In this document: positions 29,197 through 37,693 of the stretch, in pieces
Layout: the number at the start of each line of letters is the position of its first letter
How positions within the stretch are numbered: the stretch's first letter is position 1
DNA from: an uncultured bacterium
Lineage (GTDB): Bacteria; Bacillota_I; Bacilli_A; RFN20; CAG-826
Assembly (NCBI GenBank): GCA_949285325.1
Contig: CASDYZ010000007.1
Coordinates: 17,215 to 81,214 of the forward strand
Direction of reading: 5' to 3'
Length of the DNA: 64,000 nucleotides
The notes under the pieces: model-generated
The model's input: the letters and a program-made list of their open reading frames with translations, nothing else
Told to the model about the DNA's origin: nothing
Database searches by the model: none
Program-made: the position numbers and the translations under genes

Positions 29197-30601
29197 CTGT
29201 TTCTACCTCCTTAGTTTGTTCGTTTTCTTCTTCTTGAGAACTGATATCAGTTACACTAATTTCTTGATAATGATACTTTTGTATTGAAGCGTACCCTAAT
29301 AAGAACAATGTGATAAGTCCTGGACCATTAAACAAGACAGGTACGACATTTGAATAATTAATATAAGGGGTATTGTCACCATTAATTAGGTTATAACCAA
29401 AGAAAGTGACAACAAAGGCAAGTAGAAGCGATTTATTTAAAATCGTCTCTTCTCCTTTAACAAAAAATTTAAGGACAAAATATAAACCAAATACTACTAA
29501 AACGATAATCGCGATAAAAGCGAATAGCCCACCTAAATACGCCGCGTCGAAAAGCCAAGAATTACTAAATGTAACACTGCCCGCTGGGTTTAAGCCAAAT
29601 AAATTTGAAATGTTAGATAAATTAACTACTTCATCGATAATCGCACCATATCTACCGAGAGTAAATATCTTGCCAATTAATGGAACAGAGGCAATCGCGT
29701 CGTGAATAGTTTTTAAAAATCCAACTTCGCTTTGAGATAGGAAAGACAATATCAAAATCCACAGTAAAAAGCAAGCAAGTACTATCCAAATAATAATTCT
29801 TATAGCCTTGCTTTTAACTAAATTTAATTTAGTCAAAATTACAATTAATGCGATTAAAATTAGTATTGCAATCGTTGTTAATAATGTGTAAATATTGCTC
29901 ATGAAAAGTAAAGTTAAAAATGCGATAAAGGCGTAAAATGCGTATAAAATAAATAATTTTGTTTGTTTTTTAGGAGAAAAATAAAATAGTCCAATGACTG
30001 AAGTTAACAAAAGAGAAGGGAATAAAATGAAGTATTCAATACTCACTTCTACAAATGAAAATTGAATTAAAGAATACGCAATGTCGCCGATCGGGGCTGG
30101 TGAAGGACGACCATTATAATAAAAATAAGAATTGGAATATATCAAAGGATAAAATGGGGTAAATTGAACCATTGAATAAAATAGACCAAGGACAGTGTAT
30201 AAGGCAAGTGCTCCATAGATGACGGTGAAAACTGTTTGAAGTTTAATGGCCTTAAAATAAGAAAATAAATATCCACATCCAATAAAAGCGATGACCATGA
30301 ACGGAATGAAAATCGCTTCAAGTGTACCAATATAAGTTCTACCCACTACTGAGACCACAACGAGCAAAGAATAAATAATTAAAGGTATTAATAAATACAA
30401 AAAATTACTCATCCCTTTAATTTTGATTTCTTTATACGAAGTGATAATGAGCCCAATAAAAAGTGTGATGCCTAAAAATGCGTAAGTTAAAATGGATGAG
30501 GTAAAAGTAAACACGGTAAACGCAAACACTTCTAAAGATAAAAATGATACGATACCTAAACTACTAGTTTTTTCATTGATATTGTCTTTTTTGTCTTCCA
30601 T
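29177..30601 (-). CDS. polytopic membrane protein, possibly Wzy/O-antigen-ligase-like; acidic C-terminal tail
   Basis: About 474 aa from ATG 30601 (track start 30616 is TTG); at least 10 TM helices with a larger loop late in the protein; C-terminus SQEEENEQTKEVETDEIEDE. Family assignment from topology only. Confidence 0.4.
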   Translation of the reverse strand: MEDKKDNINEKTSSLGIVSFLSLEVFAFTVFTFTSSILTYAFLGITLFIGLIITSYKEIKIKGMSNFLYLLIPLIIYSLLVVVSVVGRTYIGTLEAIFIPFMVIAFIGCGYLFSYFKAIKLQTVFTVIYGALALYTVLGLFYSMVQFTPFYPLIYSNSYFYYNGRPSPAPIGDIAYSLIQFSFVEVSIEYFILFPSLLLTSVIGLFYFSPKKQTKLFILYAFYAFIAFLTLLFMSNIYTLLTTIAILILIALIVILTKLNLVKSKAIRIIIWIVLACFLLWILILSFLSQSEVGFLKTIHDAIASVPLIGKIFTLGRYGAIIDEVVNLSNISNLFGLNPAGSVTFSNSWLFDAAYLGGLFAFIAIIVLVVFGLYFVLKFFVKGEETILNKSLLLAFVVTFFGYNLINGDNTPYINYSNVVPVLFNGPGLITLFLLGYASIQKYHYQEISVTDISSQEEENEQTKEVETDEIEDE

Positions 30602-30649
30602 AAATAAATTTATCAAAAAATATTTTACAAAATATTTATTGTATTAACA

Positions 30650-30680
30650 ATAATTAAAAAACCACCTCTTCGGTGGCGTA
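30650..30680 (-). terminator. rho-independent terminator (minus-strand orientation)
   Basis: Minus-strand reading GCCACCGAAGAGGUGGUUUUUUAAU: GC-rich 5-6 bp stem, 5-nt loop, U-tract. Lies 10 nt after the stop of a 46-codon ORF and about 50 nt upstream of the membrane-protein gene start. Confidence 0.45.
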
Positions 30681-30988
30681 CTTTTATTTTTAATCGGTAA
30701 ATGTCTCCGCGTCATCTACATTAAAGTTGATAGATTCGCTTATTGAGGAATAGGCTTTACAATACATTTCCGCCTCAGTGTAGGTGAGGTCATCTTTAAA
30801 TATATTTTCTTTCTTTTCTTTTTTTGACATAGGCGAATCCAACTTTCGAAAATTACTTTATCATAATGACTTATTTTAGTTGTAAAAAATCTTTCAAATT
30901 TTAGACAATGTAGAAATAAATTGTAAAAATATAAAGTTTAGTTTTTAATATTTATTTGTTATTATCAAATAAGAAACGGGTTGAGAAG

Positions 30989-31684
30989 ATGAAAAAAGAA
31001 TTAAATTTACCACAGATAGTCGCGAATAACTTAACATATTACCGCAAGACTTACGGCTATACACAAATACAATTAGCCAATAAATTTAATTATTCTGACA
31101 AAACTATTTCTAAGTGGGAAAGAGGAGAAAGTTTCCCAGATATTTTTGTTTTAAAAACTCTCGCTGATTTTTATGGAATAACAGTCAATGACTTCTTTAG
31201 AGAAAAGCCAAAAAAATATTATCCACCAATATTTAAAAAAAGATTCTTAATACTACTTTTATCGGTTGGGTTGGTGTGGCTTATCGCTTCTATCATCTTT
31301 GCATGTATGATGATATTCTCTAATGGTAGATTGTCCGACAGCTGGCTTGTATTTATTTTCGCCACTATACCGATGTTTATAATTTGTTTAGTATTCGCAA
31401 GCGTTTGGAAGCAAAGATTTTGGTCTTTTATATCCGTATCGGGCTTGATGTGGTGCGCGGCGACATCGATATATTTACCGTGGACTATGTACGCTCCTGG
31501 TGAATATTTATTCTTAATATTTATAATCGTCATCCCTCTTCAAGTTTTGGCCTTCCTTTGGTTTTTACTTAAATGGTCATTTAAATCATTTACAAATAAA
31601 GTCGCTAAAATTATTAGAAAAAGAAAAGAGGTTCCTACAAGTGAAACCTCTAATGATACAAATATTATTAGTAAAGAAGATTAG
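30989..31684 (+). CDS. membrane-tethered XRE-family HTH transcriptional regulator
   Basis: N-terminal Cro/C1-type HTH (LTYYRKTYGYTQIQLANKFNYSDKTISKWERGESFPDIFVLKTLADFYGITVNDFF) followed by about 4 TM helices; ATG 30989. Confidence 0.65.
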   Translation: MKKELNLPQIVANNLTYYRKTYGYTQIQLANKFNYSDKTISKWERGESFPDIFVLKTLADFYGITVNDFFREKPKKYYPPIFKKRFLILLLSVGLVWLIASIIFACMMIFSNGRLSDSWLVFIFATIPMFIICLVFASVWKQRFWSFISVSGLMWCAATSIYLPWTMYAPGEYLFLIFIIVIPLQVLAFLWFLLKWSFKSFTNKVAKIIRKRKEVPTSETSNDTNIISKED

Positions 31685-32544
31685 TCTTTAACCCCGCCAT
31701 CATTGTAATAGAGGATGCCGAGTGTTTTAGGTCCGCAGTGAGAAGAAATTGTACATCCCGCGGTGGTGACATAAATCTTTTTAAAGCCTCTATTTTTCAT
31801 CTTTTCATACGCCGCATCAACCATATCTTGTGGTGCGTAAGAATGGGTGATAAAACCGATTGATAAATCAGGATTATTGAATTCTTCAAGAGTGTCATCG
31901 CAGTATTTTTTAACGACTGCTACACCTCTTCCACTATATTTTTTGCCTGGGTGCATCTTACCTTGATCGACTATGATTTGAGGTTTGATGGCAAACATTT
32001 TTGCCGCAAAAGCTGCTAAACCAGAACATCTACCTCCCTTATAAAGGTAGTCGACAGTATTGACGACGAAGCTCGCTTGAACAGCACTTCTTCTTTCTTC
32101 AATTTTCTTTTTAACTTCGGCAGCGTCCAAGCCTTTATCGATTAACTGTCTTGCATATATTACTTGAAGAGCAATACCAGTGGCTAAAGACATTGAGTCG
32201 ATAACAAATACTTTACCTTTAAATTCCTCTTCTTCTGCTGCGAGCACTGCGTTCGCGTGAGTCGCGCTGATACCACCACTCAAACAAAGGTGAACAACCG
32301 CATCATTATCTTTTAACAATCCTCTAAAATATTCTTCAAATTGGAATGTATTAAAAGCTGCTGTTCTAGGAAGTTTTTTATTTTTCTCCACAAATTCAAA
32401 TATTTGAAGAGGATTTAAATCTACTCCGTCTTGATAAACTTTATCACCTAAAATAACTGTGCCATGTAAAATGCTCACATTATTTTCCTTGATGAGTTCT
32501 TCATTCATGTCGACTGTACTTTCAGTACTTAATGCAATTTTCAT
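31681..32544 (-). CDS. DegV-family fatty-acid-binding protein
   Basis: 287 aa; MKIALSTESTVDM ... typical DegV/EDD-fold N-terminus; SD aggag. Confidence 0.8.
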   Translation of the reverse strand: MKIALSTESTVDMNEELIKENNVSILHGTVILGDKVYQDGVDLNPLQIFEFVEKNKKLPRTAAFNTFQFEEYFRGLLKDNDAVVHLCLSGGISATHANAVLAAEEEEFKGKVFVIDSMSLATGIALQVIYARQLIDKGLDAAEVKKKIEERRSAVQASFVVNTVDYLYKGGRCSGLAAFAAKMFAIKPQIIVDQGKMHPGKKYSGRGVAVVKKYCDDTLEEFNNPDLSIGFITHSYAPQDMVDAAYEKMKNRGFKKIYVTTAGCTISSHCGPKTLGILYYNDGGVKD

Positions 32545-32638
32545 AATTAATTAACTCCTAAATTAAGATTCCACTTCAACAAAGATAGCATATTTTTGCG
32601 TAAAAAAACACCCACAAATTGCAGGTGAGAATTTCTAA

Positions 32639-33030
32639 TGGTGGAGCCGGCGGTGTCGAAACCGCGTCCGGAGACTACCCAACAATAACATCTACAGTTT
32701 AGATGAAATTGAATTTTAACAATCAATCAATAATTTCAACAAAGATTGAATGCGAGGTTGTAAGTTTTTCGTCTCATTAACCCAACCTATCAATGAGCTT
32801 ATCCTCTTGATAAAGACACCCTTGCTAGAGAAGAGAGGATGATCCTCTAGGGGGCGAGTTGCCCGATAATTAAGTATCGGTCCTGATATTAGGCGCTAAT
32901 TAAGCTGCAACTAATGAAGCACGAGGTGTGCTTCTCATAAAACTGTTGTCAGTTATTTTTGTTTGGTGATAACGTCACCACTCGACTGCCGTTAAAGCAT
33001 GATAGGTCCCCGTCGAATCCATTCGACCCC
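32639..33030 (-). ncRNA. ssrA: transfer-messenger RNA (tmRNA, ssrA)
   Basis: Minus-strand 5' end GGGGUCGAAUGGAUUCGACGGGGACCUAUCAUGCUUUAACGGCAG..., 3' end ...GGACGCGGUUUCGACACCGCCGGCUCCACCA (tRNA-Ala-like T-arm and acceptor with encoded CCA); candidate tag end GCA GCU UAA visible at plus 32900-32908. Confidence 0.8.
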
Positions 33031-33110
33031 ATGTGTATTTTATTTTTATATAAAAGGCAGTAATTATCAAGTATTTTTTTATTAATTACAAACAAATTTT
33101 ATAAATATTA

Positions 33111-33138
33111 TTGTAAAACAATAAAAGTGTCATATAAT
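33111..33138 (+). promoter_or_regulatory. sigma-70-type promoter for the PII-like/antiporter operon
   Basis: TTGTAA (33111-33116), 16-nt spacer, TATAAT (33133-33138), then SD aggag and ATG 33170. Confidence 0.4.
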
Positions 33139-33169
33139 AAACGAGATAACAGACTGAAAGGAGAAAAAA

Positions 33170-33499
33170 ATGAAACACTTAATCTTTGTCATATTAGAAC
33201 ATTCTCACGCCGCAGAAGAAACATTAGTTAAATTATCAAAAATGGGATATAACGGAACAGTTATACCTTCAACATCATTAAAACACACACTAGAAAATGA
33301 TGGAGAGGTACCGATGTTTATCAATTTAAGTTTACTTGAACACGGTAAATTTGAAAATAACACTACTCTATATATCGTCGCAGAAGAAGAACAAGTAGAA
33401 AATGTATTAGATATCATTAGAACTACCACCAAACATTTTAAAAGATGTAGAGGTGGGATGTTTGTCGTCCCGCTTGAAAGTTATGAAGGAAGTTTTTAA
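33170..33499 (+). CDS. PII-like signalling protein, DarA/PstA-like (candidate cyclic-di-AMP receptor)
   Basis: 109 aa, the same length as DarA; C-terminus GGMFVVPLESYEGSF resembles DarA/PstA GGATVFVxPVDxFHQF; overall beta-alpha-beta PII-like hydrophobic pattern. Assignment by recollection of DarA sequences, not a search. Confidence 0.4.
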   Translation: MKHLIFVILEHSHAAEETLVKLSKMGYNGTVIPSTSLKHTLENDGEVPMFINLSLLEHGKFENNTTLYIVAEEEQVENVLDIIRTTTKHFKRCRGGMFVVPLESYEGSF

Positions 33500-33502
33500 T
33501 TT

Positions 33503-34816
33503 ATGTCTTTAGTTATTTCGAGTGTCCTTTGGGTAGCGATCGCTCTTTCATGTGGGCTATTGATGTCCAAATTGATGAAATTAATACACTTTCCTAACGT
33601 CACCGGATATTTGATTGGTGGAATTATAATAGGCCCTTGGGTTTTAGGTTTATTTGACCGAGATTTATTTAGCAATATTCTTTCAAATATTAGTTGGATA
33701 AGCGACATTGCCTTAGGTTTTATCGCTTTTACTATCGGTGGTTCATTTAAATTATCCGCGCTTAAAAAGGTTGGGAAAAGAGCGACTGTCATCACTGTAT
33801 TTGAAGCATTAGGTGGGGCGATTGTCGTCATCATCGGATTATTTATCGGATACTTTGCTGGTTTAAAAAATCTAGGTTTAACAATACCGATGATATTGAC
33901 ATTAGGTTCAATCGCATGCGCGACCGCGCCAGCCGCTACACTATTAGTCATCCAACAATATAAAGCAGAAGGTCCAGTAACTAGAACTTTAATACCAGTA
34001 GTCGCATTTGATGATGGTGTCGCTTTAATCGCATTTGCTATTTTATTTGCTTTATCTAAAGTACTTACTATCGGTGGCACATTTGATTTTATCAGCGGAA
34101 TTCTCATCCCAATTTTAGAAATTATTATTTCTCTTTTAATTGGGGCCGCCATTGGATTTATTATCTCACTAGCTACTAAATGGTTTACTGGTAGAGGCAA
34201 CAGGATGATAATTTGCATCGCCGCGGTGCTTTTATGTGTTGGTCTATCTTTGATAGAAACAAGTTCTTTAGGCTGGGGTTTCTCTTTTCAATTATCTAGT
34301 TTATTAACTATCATGTCTATGGGTGCAATATATGTCAACATGGCAAAAGGAGTAGAAACTACAGGTGTATTTATAGATAAATTTACTCAACCAGTATTTA
34401 TGCTATTTTTCATAATAAGTGGGGCAAATTTAAATTTTGGCATATTCATGGACGACTCTGCAATCTTAGTCATTGTCATCGCTTTGATTTATTTGGTATG
34501 TCGTGTCATTGGAAAATGGGGTGGATCCGCTGTTGGGGCAAACATTACAAACTGCGAACCTAACGTTAAAAAGTATCTTGGTTTTACCCTTATTCCACAA
34601 GCTGGTGTCGCCCTCGGACTAGCGTCATCTGCAAAATTATTTTTTGCAAATCTAACCGACCCAGATTTAGTTTTAATCGGTGATTTGCTTTATACTTGCA
34701 TAATTGTGAGCACAATTGTGTACGAACTAGTTGGACCACTCATCACAAAGTGGGCTTTGACAAAAGCTGGGGAAATAAAACAAGTAGAAAATAAAAACGT
34801 AAAAACTAGTAATTAA
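33503..34816 (+). CDS. cation:proton antiporter (CPA1/CPA2 Na+/H+ exchanger family) membrane domain
   Basis: 437 aa, about 12 TM helices; N-terminal motif IHFPNVTGYLIGGIIIGPWVLGLF typical of the Na_H_Exchanger family; starts 4 nt after the PII-like gene. Confidence 0.65.
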   Translation: MSLVISSVLWVAIALSCGLLMSKLMKLIHFPNVTGYLIGGIIIGPWVLGLFDRDLFSNILSNISWISDIALGFIAFTIGGSFKLSALKKVGKRATVITVFEALGGAIVVIIGLFIGYFAGLKNLGLTIPMILTLGSIACATAPAATLLVIQQYKAEGPVTRTLIPVVAFDDGVALIAFAILFALSKVLTIGGTFDFISGILIPILEIIISLLIGAAIGFIISLATKWFTGRGNRMIICIAAVLLCVGLSLIETSSLGWGFSFQLSSLLTIMSMGAIYVNMAKGVETTGVFIDKFTQPVFMLFFIISGANLNFGIFMDDSAILVIVIALIYLVCRVIGKWGGSAVGANITNCEPNVKKYLGFTLIPQAGVALGLASSAKLFFANLTDPDLVLIGDLLYTCIIVSTIVYELVGPLITKWALTKAGEIKQVENKNVKTSN

Positions 34817-34891
34817 ATTACTAATTGTTGTAAATCTCACATTTTTAAAATAAAATACTAACTACATAACAAAAACAAGGGAAAGAAATTA

Positions 34892-35989
34892 ATGAAAGCA
34901 CAAACAAAAACAACTTTATTAAACATATTTGGTTCAATGTTCTCTAACGCGCGAGCGGTTGAATGTGGAAAAACTCTCCCGTGGTGGTCGGCGTTAATCG
35001 TCTTTATTTTAGGAGTATTTTTACCACTAATACCATCAATGGTGTCAATTGCAACTAGTTCTGGTTCAGCATTTTTAAACAATTTAACTTATGGCTATGA
35101 TGTTCAATTAGTCGGTTCATCCATCGGTGTATATTTAGATGGTTATGAATTTGAAATTGATGAAGAACATCGTTTAAGCGCGACGACACTCAATGGTAGT
35201 GAATATCAGCCATCTGCCGAACAAGATGTCACACCAATATTTAAATACATTAATACTGAAACTAACCAAGTGGATTTTGAAATATATTATTCAGTCCGTT
35301 CTACTCGCGGTTCATCAACTTTAGATGATTTATTAGACACCATTGAAGAAACATTGTATATAGAAGGCACCAATACTATTTATGAAGAAGAGGAGAACAC
35401 TTCTTCATCATCATCTTCTAGTGAAGAGGTTGTCTTATATCGACCATCATTTATGATTTATTATCCTGACGGTCTTTATTCTGCGATTGTTAGACCTAAT
35501 TCATCTACAATTTACGCCTCTACTGGTGGGGATTGGAAGCATCATGAACCAACCAAGAATTTCTTAAAAGATATGCTGAGTGTCGATGGTAAAGAACCTA
35601 CTGTCGATAATGAAGAATCTTTAAGAAAAGACAGTGTGTATATTGAAAGTGTATATGATAATTGGAAACATACATTCAATTTAATATATTTAACTGGTAA
35701 GAATAATTCTTTATTAATCAATTCATTAGTGTTTGAAGCAATCTATGTTGCTTTATCGTTCTTCATGGGATTAATGATTTTTCTCCTCACGAGAGGCAAG
35801 AGAAATTATTATCGATATCTATCATTTATCAAATGTCAAAACATCAATGCCTGGGCAAGTTTTATGCCAGGGCTACTCGCGATGATATTAGGGTTTATGA
35901 TACCTCAGTACGCGGTGATGTTCTTCATCATCTTACTCGGTTTAAGAACCATGTGGCTGTCGATGAGACAACTTAGACCTCAATATTAA
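34892..35989 (+). CDS. membrane protein with Ser-rich linker, function unknown
   Basis: 365 aa; N-terminal TM, large extracytoplasmic region with a poly-Ser stretch (NTSSSSSSSEE), 3 C-terminal TM helices. Confidence 0.4.
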   Translation: MKAQTKTTLLNIFGSMFSNARAVECGKTLPWWSALIVFILGVFLPLIPSMVSIATSSGSAFLNNLTYGYDVQLVGSSIGVYLDGYEFEIDEEHRLSATTLNGSEYQPSAEQDVTPIFKYINTETNQVDFEIYYSVRSTRGSSTLDDLLDTIEETLYIEGTNTIYEEEENTSSSSSSSEEVVLYRPSFMIYYPDGLYSAIVRPNSSTIYASTGGDWKHHEPTKNFLKDMLSVDGKEPTVDNEESLRKDSVYIESVYDNWKHTFNLIYLTGKNNSLLINSLVFEAIYVALSFFMGLMIFLLTRGKRNYYRYLSFIKCQNINAWASFMPGLLAMILGFMIPQYAVMFFIILLGLRTMWLSMRQLRPQY

Positions 35990-36003
35990 TATCCTCTCTA
36001 ACA

Positions 36004-36040
36004 AGCCTCAAGAGAATAGCTTCTTGAGGTTTTTATTTTT
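36004..36040 (+). terminator. rho-independent terminator
   Basis: gcctcaagag-aatagc-ttcttgaggc stem-loop followed by tttttattttt. Confidence 0.6.
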
Positions 36041-36134
36041 AAAATTATTATGCAGTTATTAAATGACAATGTGATATATAAAAGCATATTTAAATCTACA
36101 CTTATTAATATTTATCAACTTCTTATATAAAACA

Positions 36135-36476
36135 TTAGTCGCCATAATCTGAACCACGTGACTTATCTTCAACAAATATGCACAATGGATCAGTTATATC
36201 GTAAACTTCTAAATATATAAATCCATCCACTTCAGTCTGTGGATATTCATAACTTGCAGTGAAAACGATGTTACGGTTTTTTTCTACTAGTTCAAATAAT
36301 TTATTTATTATCTTAGGATAATCATCTTTTCTTTGTTCTTTAAAGCCCAAAAGTTGAGTATAAAACGCTGGTTCAATATAAAATCTCGCACCACTTTCAG
36401 TCTCATAAAGTGAACAGAATGGATTATTTTTATCTTCTAATTGTTTTAAGTGCTTAAATTCTTCATATTGTTTCAT
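36135..36476 (-). CDS. hypothetical cytoplasmic protein
   Basis: 113 aa, no recognisable motif; ATGA overlap with rlmH stop, so likely co-transcribed. Confidence 0.35.
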   Translation of the reverse strand: MKQYEEFKHLKQLEDKNNPFCSLYETESGARFYIEPAFYTQLLGFKEQRKDDYPKIINKLFELVEKNRNIVFTASYEYPQTEVDGFIYLEVYDITDPLCIFVEDKSRGSDYGD

Positions 36477-36949
36477 TTGTGATACACCTCGTTGTTATAT
36501 ATTTTAAACGCTCGATAAATTTGTTCTAATAAAATCAATCGACTCATGTGATGCAAAAAAGTCATCTTAGAAAGAGAAATTGACTCATTCGCTCTTGCCT
36601 TTACTTCGTCGCTCAACCCATAAGATCCACCGATAACAAAAGTTATAGAAGCACCAGAAATCTCTAAAGTTTTAATTAAAAAAGTTGAGAATTGCATGGA
36701 ATCTAGTTCTTTTTTATTTAAATCTAGGGCGATGACATAGTCGTTATTTTTAATGTTTTTAAGTATTTTTTCCCCTTCTATCTTTTTAGCGTTTTCTATT
36801 TCAAATTCACTATCTTTTTTAACGCCGACATCATCTAATTCTATCAAAGCGACATTGCAGTATGGTTCAATTCTTTTAGAGTATTCATCGATACCTATCC
36901 TTAAATATTTATCGATTTTTTTACCTATAGATATAATTTTAATTTTCAT
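36473..36949 (-). CDS. rlmH: 23S rRNA (pseudouridine1915-N3)-methyltransferase RlmH (SPOUT)
   Basis: C-terminal FVIGGSYGLSDEVKARANESISLSKMTFLHHMSRLILLEQIYRAFKIYNNEVYHK matches the RlmH consensus; start taken at ATG 36949 (MKIKIISIGKK). Confidence 0.8.
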   Translation of the reverse strand: MKIKIISIGKKIDKYLRIGIDEYSKRIEPYCNVALIELDDVGVKKDSEFEIENAKKIEGEKILKNIKNNDYVIALDLNKKELDSMQFSTFLIKTLEISGASITFVIGGSYGLSDEVKARANESISLSKMTFLHHMSRLILLEQIYRAFKIYNNEVYHK

Positions 36950-37691
36950 TAAATTTACCACCTGTGACATTTTCCCACTGCCTTGCACATTTTAATTCAT
37001 ATTTATCGATATCAATTTGATAATATTCAAATATTTTTCTATACGCTTCAACTGCTTTTTGAGGGGTGTTACATTCTTCAGATAAATGCATCAAAACAAT
37101 TTCTTTAGTGTTCTTGCCTATTAGGCTAATTGCCGCTAATGCGGAATCTTCGTTAGATAAATGCCCATATTCTGATAATATTCTCATCTTTAAATCAAAA
37201 GGTCGAGTGCTTTTAATGAGCATTTGTATATCGTGATTAGATTCAATTAATAAATAAGTAGGGTCTTTAGCCACTTCTAGGCTATCTTCTATAAGTTTAC
37301 CGGTATCTGTTATATACACTAATTTTTTGCTCCCTTCTAACACATATCCGCATGGATTTTCCGCGTCGTGGGAAGTAGGGACAGGAGTAATCTTAATATT
37401 ATTTATAAAAAATGGTTTATTTATTTCAACAACATTTGAATTAGGACTAGTTAATACACCTTCACAAGCATACATTTTATTTGTTTTTAAAAATCGAACC
37501 CCGCTTATGTGGTCAGTATGATCGTGGGTAAATAAACAAGCATCGATATCATTTATTTTTTTATTATATTTTTTTAACGTCTCTTCTAGTCTTTTTAATG
37601 TTATACCCATATCAATCAATATTAAAGTACCACCATCAAAAATTAGGGTGGCATTACCTTTAGAACCACTAGAAATAATATCAAAATACAT
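36939..37691 (-). CDS. MBL-fold metallo-hydrolase, YycJ/WalJ-like
   Basis: HxHxDH motif (FTHDHTDHISG) and MYFDIISSGSKGNATLI N-terminus; start taken at ATG 37691. Confidence 0.7.
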   Translation of the reverse strand: MYFDIISSGSKGNATLIFDGGTLILIDMGITLKRLEETLKKYNKKINDIDACLFTHDHTDHISGVRFLKTNKMYACEGVLTSPNSNVVEINKPFFINNIKITPVPTSHDAENPCGYVLEGSKKLVYITDTGKLIEDSLEVAKDPTYLLIESNHDIQMLIKSTRPFDLKMRILSEYGHLSNEDSALAAISLIGKNTKEIVLMHLSEECNTPQKAVEAYRKIFEYYQIDIDKYELKCARQWENVTGGKFNEN

Positions 37692-37693
37692 AA

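Noticed and set aside
33205-34218. Minus-strand ORFs 33205-33432 and 33496-34218 (240 aa).
   Set aside because: Antisense to the PII-like gene and the antiporter, whose frame has the clear CPA motif and promoter/SD. The 240-aa antisense translation is Ile/Asn/Pro low-complexity with no start context.
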